Shown here in pieces: positions 25,225-33,915 of a stretch of DNA of 64,000 bases; position 1 is the stretch's first letter; each line of letters starts with the position of its first letter. The notes under the pieces are model-generated. The model made no database searches. It was not told the origin of the DNA and saw only the letters and a list, made by a program, of their open reading frames with translations. Position numbers and translations under genes: made by a program. Origin of the DNA: a virus (taxonomy: Duplodnaviria > Heunggongvirae > Uroviricota > Caudoviricetes); the IMG/VR virus record IMGVR_UViG_3300013383_000018; one strand, 5' to 3'.

Positions 25225-26004
25225 ATGGCGCAGTACAAAATTGGAATTACAGAGGCGGGAGACGCAGGCGTTGACCTGTCTTGGATAGAAAAATTGGACA
25301 GCGTCGATGCCGCTATTCTGGTTACGAAGTGTGTATCTCCAGACTTCTTCGATGCTGTTCTTGAGCATAGGGAGAAACTCGTTGTCCACGCTACAATCAC
25401 AGGATATGGGCACTCTGTTCTGGAGCCTAATGTGCCTACCCCATACGAGGAGTTTGCCGCAATTATGGAACTTGTCAAAGCCGGGTTCCCGATGGAGAAA
25501 GTCGTTATTCGTATTGACCCCATTATCCCAACAGAAAAAGGACTTTCAGTTGCGTACCGCACAATAATTTCCTTTATGGAAATGGGGTTTCAACGCTACA
25601 GAGTGAGCGTCATTGATATGTATCCACACGCAAGAAACCGGTTCAAAGAAGCTGGATTGCCACTACCTTATGGTGATAGTGGTTTTGCTCCGTCAAAAGC
25701 ACAGCTTTTGAAAGTAGACAATATGCTGCGGCAGGCAAAGCAGTTTTGGGAAGGGTTGAACAACGGTAAAATTCTCCGAATCGAGTCTTGTGCAGAGCCC
25801 GGTCTTGCGGAGCCTATTGCCTGCGGCTGCATTTCCGACTATGACCTCGGCTTACTTGGACTTTCCAAAGATACAGAAGCAAATGGTGTTGGCTATCAAC
25901 GCAATGGCTGTATGTGTTATGCGGGGAAAACAGAGTTATTAAAACACAAAGCAAGGTGCCCACACGGTTGCTTGTATTGTTATTGGAAGGATATGAAAGG
26001 TTAA
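25225..26004 (+). CDS. hypothetical protein with C-terminal Cys/His metal cluster
   Basis: CGC...CMCYAGK...CPHGCLYCY cluster. Confidence 0.55.
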   Translation: MAQYKIGITEAGDAGVDLSWIEKLDSVDAAILVTKCVSPDFFDAVLEHREKLVVHATITGYGHSVLEPNVPTPYEEFAAIMELVKAGFPMEKVVIRIDPIIPTEKGLSVAYRTIISFMEMGFQRYRVSVIDMYPHARNRFKEAGLPLPYGDSGFAPSKAQLLKVDNMLRQAKQFWEGLNNGKILRIESCAEPGLAEPIACGCISDYDLGLLGLSKDTEANGVGYQRNGCMCYAGKTELLKHKARCPHGCLYCYWKDMKG

Positions 26005-26008
26005 TTCG

Positions 26009-26215
26009 ATGACTAATTTCGAGGAAATTAAGAGGAAAATAGCCAATATGAATATCGATGAGCTGATAGAGTTTTGCGGCGGTGATAATTGCGGGAATGT
26101 GCTTTTCTCTTTTGTGAGCGATGGCGATTGTTGCGGGAACAATTGCAAGGTCAGCTATGATTGTGGAGGCTGTATTAAAAAGTTCTTGCAAAGAGAGACG
26201 AGGGTAGTCAGATGA
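26009..26215 (+). CDS. small Cys-rich protein
   Basis: ORF only. Confidence 0.4.
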   Translation: MTNFEEIKRKIANMNIDELIEFCGGDNCGNVLFSFVSDGDCCGNNCKVSYDCGGCIKKFLQRETRVVR

Positions 26216-26424
26216 AATGTCCATATTGTGAATCTGGGACAAATGATTTTGTTCCAATGAACCAAGCCGTTGAATACAGCGGCATTGAGATGGCTGTAAA
26301 CAGGCAGGGAATGTTGAGGGTAAGAGTGCTTGACGACGATGGCAGTTTCACGACTCAAGATATCATTGAGATACGCAACTGCCCACTGTGTGGGAAACGA
26401 TTTATGAAGGGTCGATGTGTATGA
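26212..26424 (+). CDS. small zinc-ribbon protein
   Basis: CPYCESG...CPLCGK. Confidence 0.45.
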   Translation: MKCPYCESGTNDFVPMNQAVEYSGIEMAVNRQGMLRVRVLDDDGSFTTQDIIEIRNCPLCGKRFMKGRCV

Positions 26425-26699
26425 GCGGCATCGTCCATTGCCCAAGATGTGGGCACCATATAAACATCCCTTCTGATGGAACTGTCGGGTACTGCCCGAT
26501 ATGCGATAAGGAGGTTACTGACATGGAGAAAAGAACAATTTGGGTAAAGCCATCCTGCTTTGCTCCAGAGTTTGAGATGGTTATTCCTGTCCCGACAGAC
26601 CGAGATGATGAGGAGTACATCGATGAACTGCTGGACGGAATTCTGAATAACGAGGTTCGCTACAATATCGAGTGGGATTTTGTAGACGGGCTAAGCTGA
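26421..26699 (+). CDS. small zinc-ribbon protein
   Basis: CPRCGHH...CPICDK. ATGA overlap with the upstream gene. Confidence 0.45.
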   Translation: MSGIVHCPRCGHHINIPSDGTVGYCPICDKEVTDMEKRTIWVKPSCFAPEFEMVIPVPTDRDDEEYIDELLDGILNNEVRYNIEWDFVDGLS

Positions 26700-26742
26700 C
26701 AATGGGAATATATGTGGTGGTGGAAGACAACCGATTGGAGGT

Positions 26743-26958
26743 GTGGTTGTGGCTGAGCGCAACGAACACAAGAGCGCGAAATACCAAGATGGTGACATTT
26801 ATTTGAATCCATGCTTCGGCGACCTGTGGGTTGTGGATGGCACATCGTTCATTAAAATCAATAACGGATATGCAATTGAGTTGGACGAGCCAGAAGGATT
26901 CATTAAAGTTGGACATATCGATGGAGTAATTAACAAGAGAAGTCAACCGACAAAGTGA
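26743..26958 (+). CDS. hypothetical small protein
   Basis: ORF only. Confidence 0.4.
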   Translation: MVVAERNEHKSAKYQDGDIYLNPCFGDLWVVDGTSFIKINNGYAIELDEPEGFIKVGHIDGVINKRSQPTK

Positions 26959-27218
26959 GGGTTCAAATGACAGTCAAGGACATTCTTCCGAGCCATCCAG
27001 TTGAAATCATGGTTAGAACCAACTATCCAGAAAGCCTTTTGCCGTATCTAAGCAGTGAGAGAATTGAACAGGGATTGCTTGTTGGTTATTGCTCTTGGGA
27101 CGGTGAGAATCTCATCCCTGCGGATGGTGATTACTATTCTGTGGATGAAGTTATTTCAAAATATGAGTATGAAGAGGACGGCAGTCTAACATACTGGACT
27201 GTCTCTGAATGGGTGTAG
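26955..27218 (+). CDS. hypothetical small protein
   Basis: ORF only. Confidence 0.4.
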   Translation: MRVQMTVKDILPSHPVEIMVRTNYPESLLPYLSSERIEQGLLVGYCSWDGENLIPADGDYYSVDEVISKYEYEEDGSLTYWTVSEWV

Positions 27219-27262
27219 ACGACCGCTTTGTAGATTTGCTGTTATACATATTTCCTTCAGCA

Positions 27263-27284
27263 GCTTTTCGCCAAAGGCAAAAGT
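27263..27284 (+). repeat. structured hairpin element copy 4 (GCTTTTcGCC-AAA-GGCAAAAGT)
   Basis: Same loop and flank, lying 44 nt after a stop codon. Followed by a 12-bp long-range pairing (27304-27315 with 27375-27386) that encloses a terminator. Confidence 0.5.
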
Positions 27285-27315
27285 AAGAATTCGGCACTAT
27301 GCTCGTAAACCAGAA

Positions 27316-27337
27316 GCCCGCTACGCGGGCGGTTTTT
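27316..27337 (+). terminator. rho-independent terminator
   Basis: GCCCGC-TAC-GCGGGC followed by GGTTTTT. Confidence 0.65.
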
Positions 27338-27466
27338 CCTTTTACTCACTCGCTTTGCAAGCAACGCTCGTGAGTTCTGGTTTACGACCAATGCTTATGC
27401 ACATCGGTTGAGGGAGTTAGAAAAACGACCGATGCGGAAAGCGGTTACAGTGAAGAGGTGGGATAA

Positions 27467-27679
27467 TTGTTATGTGATAAATGCTTACACAAAAAAGTGT
27501 GCAGGTTTGAAGTCCCAGATGAGGGGCAATGTGATGACTTTATTGACGAAGCCATCGTAGATAAATTCAACAGCATTGGATGCACATCATTTCGAATTAG
27601 CGCGGATTCCATAAAAGGAATACTCGACAGACAATTAGCCGAACCCCCGGCTACTCTTGGGCGAAGCAATGCAGGTTGA
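27467..27679 (+). CDS. small hypothetical protein
   Basis: ORF only. Confidence 0.35.
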   Translation: MLCDKCLHKKVCRFEVPDEGQCDDFIDEAIVDKFNSIGCTSFRISADSIKGILDRQLAEPPATLGRSNAG

Positions 27680-28178
27680 ACTTCACGACACATACGGCGT
27701 TCTTCGGATAAAGACAAGCGAGTTCTTATTCGATTTGGAGGACTTGCCGCTCATAAAGGGACGCGACAGTTGGTATTGCGACAAGGACGGTTACCTCGTC
27801 AGCAGTTACTTCTATAATGGTATTCGACGCTTTGTCCGATTCCACCGACTTGTGATGCACGCGAAACCCGGTCAATGTGTTGACCACATTAACAAAAACA
27901 AAGCGGATAACAGGAAGAAAAATTTGCGATGTTGCGAGCGTTCTGAGAACGACAGGAATCGCAGCCTGTATTCGTGCAATACATCCGGTGTCGCTGGCGT
28001 CTACTTCGACAAAGAACGTAAGAAGTGGGTTGCCAGCATTACTTATAACCATAAGAAGGTTTACTTGGGAAGATACGCGGTCAAGGAAGAAGCAATCTTG
28101 GCTCGGCTGACCAAGGAGGTCGAATTGTATAAAGAGTTCTCGCCGCAACGAGGGCTTTTGGAATCTCTAAATCTATAG
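27669..28178 (+). mobile_element. HNH homing endonuclease with AP2 DNA-binding domain
   Basis: HNH core VDHINKNKADNRKKNLR. AP2 domain SGVAGVYFDKERKKWVASITYNHKKVYLGRY. Confidence 0.75.
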
Positions 28179-28187
28179 GAGGCAAAC

Positions 28188-28496
28188 GTGAGGGTAATCT
28201 ACAAGTATCCATTGGAGATTACAGCAGAACAGGTAATCAATATCCCGATGCTGTACTTCGATGACCGCGTTGCAAGATGCAACGAACAAGTTCTTCATGT
28301 GGATGTTCAAGACATGATTCGACCTTGCCTTTGGTGCATGGTTGACACCGAAAACCAGACATACCCGATGAAGGTTGTGACAAAGATGACTGGCGAGGAA
28401 ATCCGAGAAGATGAGAAGAACAAACTGAAATATGTTGGTTCATATCTCATCGGCGGTGGCGATTTCGTGGGTCATGTGTTCGTATGTTACGAATAA
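28188..28496 (+). CDS. hypothetical protein; GTG start
   Basis: GGAGG is 5 nt before the GTG. Confidence 0.45.
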   Translation: MRVIYKYPLEITAEQVINIPMLYFDDRVARCNEQVLHVDVQDMIRPCLWCMVDTENQTYPMKVVTKMTGEEIREDEKNKLKYVGSYLIGGGDFVGHVFVCYE

Positions 28497-28524
28497 AACC
28501 TGAGTTTTATAAGGAGAAAATGCT

Positions 28525-28824
28525 ATGAAATATATGCTGATTGAAGTAATGGAGCGAGAAATCTCCGAGCCTGAGTATTTCGATACGCACGATGCAGCGC
28601 ACGATGAGATGTGCCGACGTGTCGCTGAGGTTTACGATATCTCTCCCGACGAAGTCAAAGAGTCCTACCTCGAAGGTGAAGACCTGAATGAGAACGCTGT
28701 GGTTCTTGAGGACATTGCATGGGCTGAACGGTATGGTAAGAACTTTGACTGGAAAATCTTCGCCATTGAGCGAGACGTTCCTGCACAGGTAACAGTTCCT
28801 CCTCTGTTCAATACTCTGAGATAA
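28525..28824 (+). CDS. hypothetical acidic protein
   Basis: RBS AAGGAG. Confidence 0.5.
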   Translation: MKYMLIEVMEREISEPEYFDTHDAAHDEMCRRVAEVYDISPDEVKESYLEGEDLNENAVVLEDIAWAERYGKNFDWKIFAIERDVPAQVTVPPLFNTLR

Positions 28825-28826
28825 CG

Positions 28827-28991
28827 ATGATGCGGTGGCGGAATAGGTAGACGCGCTGCCGGTGTTAACAAACACCCATAGAAACGGCAGTCAGGGCGGC
28901 GCAAGACATACTGCGCGGCGGTTGCAAACGTCAATCGTGTTGAAAGTGCACGACTAATGGTTGTGGGGTGCAAATCCCCACCCGCATCACG
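28827..28991 (+). ncRNA. 165-nt tRNA-Leu-like element with a large internal insertion (intron-like or attachment-site tRNA mimic)
   Basis: 7-bp acceptor GATGCGG/CCGCATC. The 5' part GGTGGCGGAATAGGTAGACGCGCTGCC is near-identical to the bacterial tRNA-Leu D-arm and anticodon-stem start. T-arm TGGGG-TGCAAAT-CCCCA. About 90 extra nt lie between the CTGCC/GGCAG stem and the T-arm. Confidence 0.45.
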
Positions 28992-29039
28992 ACAGGTCAC
29001 CCTAAGTTACAGATACATATTCGAAAGGGGTGACACAAG

Positions 29040-30122
29040 TTGGAAACAAATAAACAAAATGAGATACGCAATGCTTATGAGCATAGCGCACAAGTCCAGT
29101 GTATTCCCGCTTCGATTAAAAAGACTACTGAGCACAGCGAAGAAGACCCATTGGTGGTCGCGCCGTATTGCAGAGTCAGTACGGACAACAAAGACCAGCT
29201 CGCAAGCTACGAGCTGCAGTGCCAGTATTACAAAGAATATGTGTCGAAGCATCCGGGCTGGCGGCTTTATGACATCTACGCCGATGAAGGGATTTCCGGG
29301 ACTTCCGTAAAGAAACGCACGGACTTCTTACGGATGATTGATGATTGTAAAGCAGGCAAAATCAACATGATTATCGTGAAGAACATTGCAAGGTTCGCAC
29401 GAAATGTTGTTGACTGCGTTGCCACTGTGCGTATGCTCAAGGCACTGGACAAGCCGGTCGCTGTTTATTTTGAGGATATTGCAATCAATACCTTGACACA
29501 GACCGGCGAGCTTCTGATGGTCGTTATGGCTGCTATCGCACAAGGCGAGTCAGAAGCAAAGTCTGAGAGCGTGAAATGGGGATTCCAGAAAAGATTTGAG
29601 AAGGGGCTCCCAAAGCTCGCAGACCTCTATGGGTACACCAGAGATAAGAGGTCGCTGGAGATTTACGAGCCTGAAGCGAATGTTGTGCGGCTGATTTATC
29701 AAATGTTCTACGATGACAGAACGATTCCTGAAATCTGTTACATCTTAAACCAGCAAGGTATCCCGTCCCCACGAGGTGGTCAGTGGACATACTCTACGGT
29801 AAAGGCAATCTTGACAAATGAGAAATATTCCGGTGACGTTTTGATGCAGAAGACCGTTACCGTTGATATCTTTTCGCATCGCTCTATTCGGAACGACGGA
29901 CGTGCTAACCAGTTTTTTATCCAAGGTTATCACAAAGCAATTATTCCGAGAGAACTTTGGCTTGAAGTGCAACAGATTCTAAAGGGTGAAAATGTTGTTC
30001 CGGTTCCATCAGTTGATGAGGTGGCAGATTTGTCTGCATCTGATGTCCCTCGGATATTAGATGGCTTTTTTGTAATTAAACCTCGAAAGGATGGAAACAA
30101 TGAGTATCTTAGACAACTTTGA
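29040..30122 (+). CDS. serine recombinase (resolvase catalytic domain plus recombinase domain; no zinc ribbon); TTG start
   Basis: Catalytic YCRVSTDNKDQ. Recombinase-domain pattern GGQWTYSTVKAILTNEKYSG. Confidence 0.8.
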   Translation: METNKQNEIRNAYEHSAQVQCIPASIKKTTEHSEEDPLVVAPYCRVSTDNKDQLASYELQCQYYKEYVSKHPGWRLYDIYADEGISGTSVKKRTDFLRMIDDCKAGKINMIIVKNIARFARNVVDCVATVRMLKALDKPVAVYFEDIAINTLTQTGELLMVVMAAIAQGESEAKSESVKWGFQKRFEKGLPKLADLYGYTRDKRSLEIYEPEANVVRLIYQMFYDDRTIPEICYILNQQGIPSPRGGQWTYSTVKAILTNEKYSGDVLMQKTVTVDIFSHRSIRNDGRANQFFIQGYHKAIIPRELWLEVQQILKGENVVPVPSVDEVADLSASDVPRILDGFFVIKPRKDGNNEYLRQL

Positions 30123-30591
30123 TGTGGTTGGCGTCCCTCGTACATTCAGTATTGCAGAGGTTCGAATCCTAAAGAACCGCATCTCCTTTAACCTCGCAAC
30201 GGCTTCCGAGATTGGCTATCCGCCGTTTGTGCGGCTGTTTATCAGCAGAGACAAAACGCAGATTGCGTTGCAGCCTTGCGCCAAAGAAACACCGAACGCG
30301 ATGAAATTCTTTACTTCGGATTCTACGAAAGACGGAAAGCCAAAGAAAAGAATGATTCCGGTTGGAAATCGTGCGCTGACGGCACTTGTAAAAGCCGGTA
30401 TTGGTGTCGAGATGAATGTTCCGTTAAAGGCGCCGGGTGTTCGCTTTGCAGATGAAGGCGTCATCATCTTCGACCTCAAACAAGCAACTGACATGAACCA
30501 ACCAAATGCTTGCACAGAAACTGGTCTGTGCCTGATTCCCACTCCGGCATATCCATTTGTTGAAATGCCGTCTGGATACTTCGCATCATAA
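30091..30591 (+). CDS. hypothetical protein
   Basis: ORF only. Confidence 0.45.
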   Translation: METMSILDNFDVVGVPRTFSIAEVRILKNRISFNLATASEIGYPPFVRLFISRDKTQIALQPCAKETPNAMKFFTSDSTKDGKPKKRMIPVGNRALTALVKAGIGVEMNVPLKAPGVRFADEGVIIFDLKQATDMNQPNACTETGLCLIPTPAYPFVEMPSGYFAS

Positions 30592-30635
30592 TTGCAGGTG
30601 CCAAACCTGCATACATACTTTGGAGGTGAACCCAC

Positions 30636-31460
30636 TTGAGTAAGAAATACGATTCGCTCGGCGACAGAATGAAAGGTTACGAGAACATCGCTCGCAACTA
30701 TTTGACCCGTCGGATTCCAACCATTATCAGGGTGGACGGCAAGGCGTTTCATACATTTACAAGAGGTATGGAAAAGCCGTTTGACCGCATCTTGATGACA
30801 ACGATGCAAAATACAATGAAGTACCTGTGTGAAAATATTCAGGGCTGTGTCTTTGGATATACGCAGTCAGATGAAATCACATTGGTGCTTACAGACTATG
30901 CGACAATCACAACGGATGCATGGTTCGGATACAACATCCAAAAGATGTGCAGCGTTTCCGCTTCAATGGCTACGCTCGCTTTTTCAAATGCCTATGCTGC
31001 TGAGCTATGGAAGCACTTCCCCGAAGCGATGCGCAGCAGCGACAATGGCACAAATAAGTACATTGAAACTCTGGTCGCAAAGATGGGTACAGCCATGTTT
31101 GATGCCAGAGTTTTTTCTATTCCCAAAGACGAAGTTTGCAACTGCCTGATTTGGCGCCAGCAAGATGCGACCCGCAACAGTATTGAGGCAGTTGGGCAAG
31201 CGAACTTTAGCCAGAAGGAACTCCACGGTAAAAGCTGCAACGTAATTCAAGATATGCTTTGGCGGAACTGCGGAATCAACTGGAATGACTTCCCTGTTGA
31301 CTGTAAGCGTGGTTCGGCTTGTTACAAAACAAGAGTTAAAGAGACCGTCCCTGTTCTCAATAATACTGAAACGGTTGAGGTTTTCAGAAACCGTTGGGTT
31401 ATTGACCGAGAGCCTCCCATTTTCTCACAAGAAAGAGAGTATGTTGAAAAATGGATATGA
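30636..31460 (+). CDS. Thg1-like protein (tRNA-His guanylyltransferase / tRNA 5'-end repair polymerase); TTG start
   Basis: RVDGKAFHTF matches RLDGRNFHRF. GYTQSDEITLVL matches AYGQSDEYSFVF. FDARVFSIP...WRQQDATRNSI matches the Thg1 C-terminal motif. Confidence 0.75.
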   Translation: MSKKYDSLGDRMKGYENIARNYLTRRIPTIIRVDGKAFHTFTRGMEKPFDRILMTTMQNTMKYLCENIQGCVFGYTQSDEITLVLTDYATITTDAWFGYNIQKMCSVSASMATLAFSNAYAAELWKHFPEAMRSSDNGTNKYIETLVAKMGTAMFDARVFSIPKDEVCNCLIWRQQDATRNSIEAVGQANFSQKELHGKSCNVIQDMLWRNCGINWNDFPVDCKRGSACYKTRVKETVPVLNNTETVEVFRNRWVIDREPPIFSQEREYVEKWI

Positions 31461-31765
31461 CACCGGCTGAAGTTGCCACTTGTATTTGCGATATCTATGA
31501 GAAACTTGGACGTTTAGAGTGCCGTCTCGAAAATACACAAAGAGATTTAGGCACCGCAATAGAACGAAACAGGCAACACACAGAAGGACTCCTGAACCAG
31601 CAGACAGATGTCGAAAACAAAATCGATATAGCACTGACGACGGCTGTCCATGAATTGATTGAGTATCTACGATACCAAGACATCCAAGCTCTGGATGAGG
31701 AAGAGTTTTTGTTAAGGGTTCGTGAACTTATTCGTGTTGAGCAAGACGAACACCTTCCGTTCTAA
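31451..31765 (+). CDS. hypothetical coiled-coil protein
   Basis: ORF only. Confidence 0.45.
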   Translation: MDMTPAEVATCICDIYEKLGRLECRLENTQRDLGTAIERNRQHTEGLLNQQTDVENKIDIALTTAVHELIEYLRYQDIQALDEEEFLLRVRELIRVEQDEHLPF

Positions 31766-31776
31766 GGAGGAAAAAT

Positions 31777-32079
31777 ATGAGTTGCTATAAAGACGGTGGC
31801 TGTGGTATTTATGAGATGTATTCCTGCTATGAATGTCCAGCAAGCAAGCCGGAGTACCTTAAAAGAAAGTCGCACGAGCCGCAAAGATTACAGGCAATCG
31901 GAAGCCTGCACGACGTAGCCAAACAGATTCTGGACGAAGAAGTAGTCACTCTTCTTCGTCAATACGGAACAACGCTTGCGCCGGGGCGAATGGGAGATGA
32001 AAGTCGTGTTCCGAAGTGGCTGCTTGTTCTTGCGGCAGACAGAATCGAGGAGTTAAAAAATGCAGGAACAAAGCAATAA
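31777..32079 (+). CDS. hypothetical protein
   Basis: RBS AAGGAGG. Confidence 0.5.
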   Translation: MSCYKDGGCGIYEMYSCYECPASKPEYLKRKSHEPQRLQAIGSLHDVAKQILDEEVVTLLRQYGTTLAPGRMGDESRVPKWLLVLAADRIEELKNAGTKQ

Positions 32080-32650
32080 ACAGTTCTACATTTCAGATTG
32101 GCATTATGGTCATGCAAACGTGATTGCCTTTGATAACCGCCCATTCAAATCGCTTCTGGAGATGGACGAGGCGTTGGTTGACCGTTGGAACGCCGTGGTT
32201 TCTCCGGGTGACATCGTGTATGTTCTTGGAGATATGTTCTGGTGTAAGGCACAAGACGCTATCCCCATTTTACGTTCCTTAAAAGGACAGAAGTTCCTGA
32301 TTAAAGGTAACCATGACCGATGCAATGACAACAAGTTCTTACGGGAATTTGTTAAGGTCACAGAGTATCTTGAAGTGAAGGACAACGGACGAACGGTGAT
32401 TCTTTGCCACTATCCAATCCCATGCTTTAAGAATCACTTTTATGGTTCCTTCCACTTGTATGGGCACGTCCACAATTCTTTTGAATGGAACATGATGGAG
32501 CACGACAAGTATCTGATGGAGGAACTGTACACGACACCTTGCCAGATGTTTAATGTCGGAGCAATGATGCCGTGGATGGACTACACGCCTCGGACGCTTG
32601 ATGAAATCATTGCGGCAAATTCGCATAACGAGGCTGTTAGAAATAAATGA
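32060..32650 (+). CDS. calcineurin-like metallophosphoesterase (candidate RNA end-healing phosphatase)
   Basis: DWHYGH, GDMF, GNHD motifs. Confidence 0.75.
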   Translation: MQEQSNKQFYISDWHYGHANVIAFDNRPFKSLLEMDEALVDRWNAVVSPGDIVYVLGDMFWCKAQDAIPILRSLKGQKFLIKGNHDRCNDNKFLREFVKVTEYLEVKDNGRTVILCHYPIPCFKNHFYGSFHLYGHVHNSFEWNMMEHDKYLMEELYTTPCQMFNVGAMMPWMDYTPRTLDEIIAANSHNEAVRNK

Positions 32651-32747
32651 TGGCTTGAATCACTTGTGCCACAAGGCTTTGAAAGGCGCTTGATGAGTGG
32701 TATTAGTGCATCATATAAAACAAAAGGAGTGGTCACTTGTGATTTAC

Positions 32748-33911
32748 CTTGACAATGCCGCCACCACACAAATGGATGAACGGGTTCTTGAAGCAATGAT
32801 GCCGTACCTGACAACGGAATATGGTAATGCAGGAACCCTCTATAAGTTTGGACGAGCTGCGAATGAGGCTGTGCAGAAAGCCAGAGCGCAAGTGGCAGCT
32901 TTAATCAACGCAGAGCCAGAGCAAATCATTTTTACATCTGGTGGTAGTGAAGCAAACAATTTAGTCTTTCAGGGTTTGAAGGACTATCTGAAGAGTATCG
33001 GTAAGACACACATTTTGGTATCGGCGGTTGAGCACGATTCCGTCCTACGAGCCGCAGAATCGCTTATAAAAGACGGGTTTCATGTAGAGTATATTCCGGT
33101 ATCCAATGAGTGCAGGGTCTCTCCTGCTGTCATTGAGAACGCATTACGGGCAGATACGGGGCTTGTGTCTGTGATGTTTGCGAATAACGAAACAGGCGCA
33201 ATCAACCCAATCGAAGACATTGGAACGATTTGCATGAAGCGTGGGATTCTGTTCCACACAGATTGCGTGCAAGCTGCAGGGTGCTATCCTATTGATGTGG
33301 TGAAAATCGGTTGCGATTTTCTTTCGGTGTCATCACATAAGATTCATGGTTGTAAAGGCGTTGGAGCTTTGTACGCAAAGGATAAGTCCAAGCTTGCACC
33401 CATTGTTTATGGTGGTTCGGAGCAAGAGTTCGGACTGAGAGGTGGAACAGAAAATGTTGCTGGCATCGTAGGATTCGGAAAGGCTTGTGAGATTTCATCG
33501 AAGAGCTTGCACGAAGATACGGTGTGGGTTTCTACATTGAAACAGAGATTTTTCATGGCGCTGAATGAAGCGCTCAAAGATACGGGCGATGAAGGCTGCG
33601 TCCATGTAAATGGTATGTCGATTCTTACACCCGGAAAGACGATTAACTTGAGAATGGATGGCGTTGACGGCGAGACGCTCTTGCTCATGTTGGATGGTAA
33701 GGGAGTTTGTGTTTCTGCTGGGTCTGCGTGTAGAAGTCACGAAGCAGAACCAAGCCATGTTTTATCTGCGATGGGGCTGTCCAAAGATGAAGCTCGGGCA
33801 TCCATCAGAATTTCGTTCTCAAAGAAAAACACGGCTGATGAAGCCGTAAGAGCCGCACAGATTTTAGCTGGGTGTATTTCAACGCTCAGGGTGAGAGAAG
33901 AAAAGGAGTAA
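32748..33911 (+). CDS. iscS: cysteine desulfurase (IscS/NifS family); GTG start
   Basis: IYLDNAATT N-terminus. PLP-Lys motif SSHKIHGCKGVGALY. AAGGAG is 10 nt before GTG 32748. Confidence 0.8.
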   Translation, partial: LDNAATTQMDERVLEAMMPYLTTEYGNAGTLYKFGRAANEAVQKARAQVAALINAEPEQIIFTSGGSEANNLVFQGLKDYLKSIGKTHILVSAVEHDSVLRAAESLIKDGFHVEYIPVSNECRVSPAVIENALRADTGLVSVMFANNETGAINPIEDIGTICMKRGILFHTDCVQAAGCYPIDVVKIGCDFLSVSSHKIHGCKGVGALYAKDKSKLAPIVYGGSEQEFGLRGGTENVAGIVGFGKACEISSKSLHEDTVWVSTLKQRFFMALNEALKDTGDEGCVHVNGMSILTPGKTINLRMDGVDGETLLLMLDGKGVCVSAGSACRSHEAEPSHVLSAMGLSKDEARASIRISFSKKNTADEAVRAAQILAGCISTLRVREEKE

Positions 33912-33915
33912 GGTT

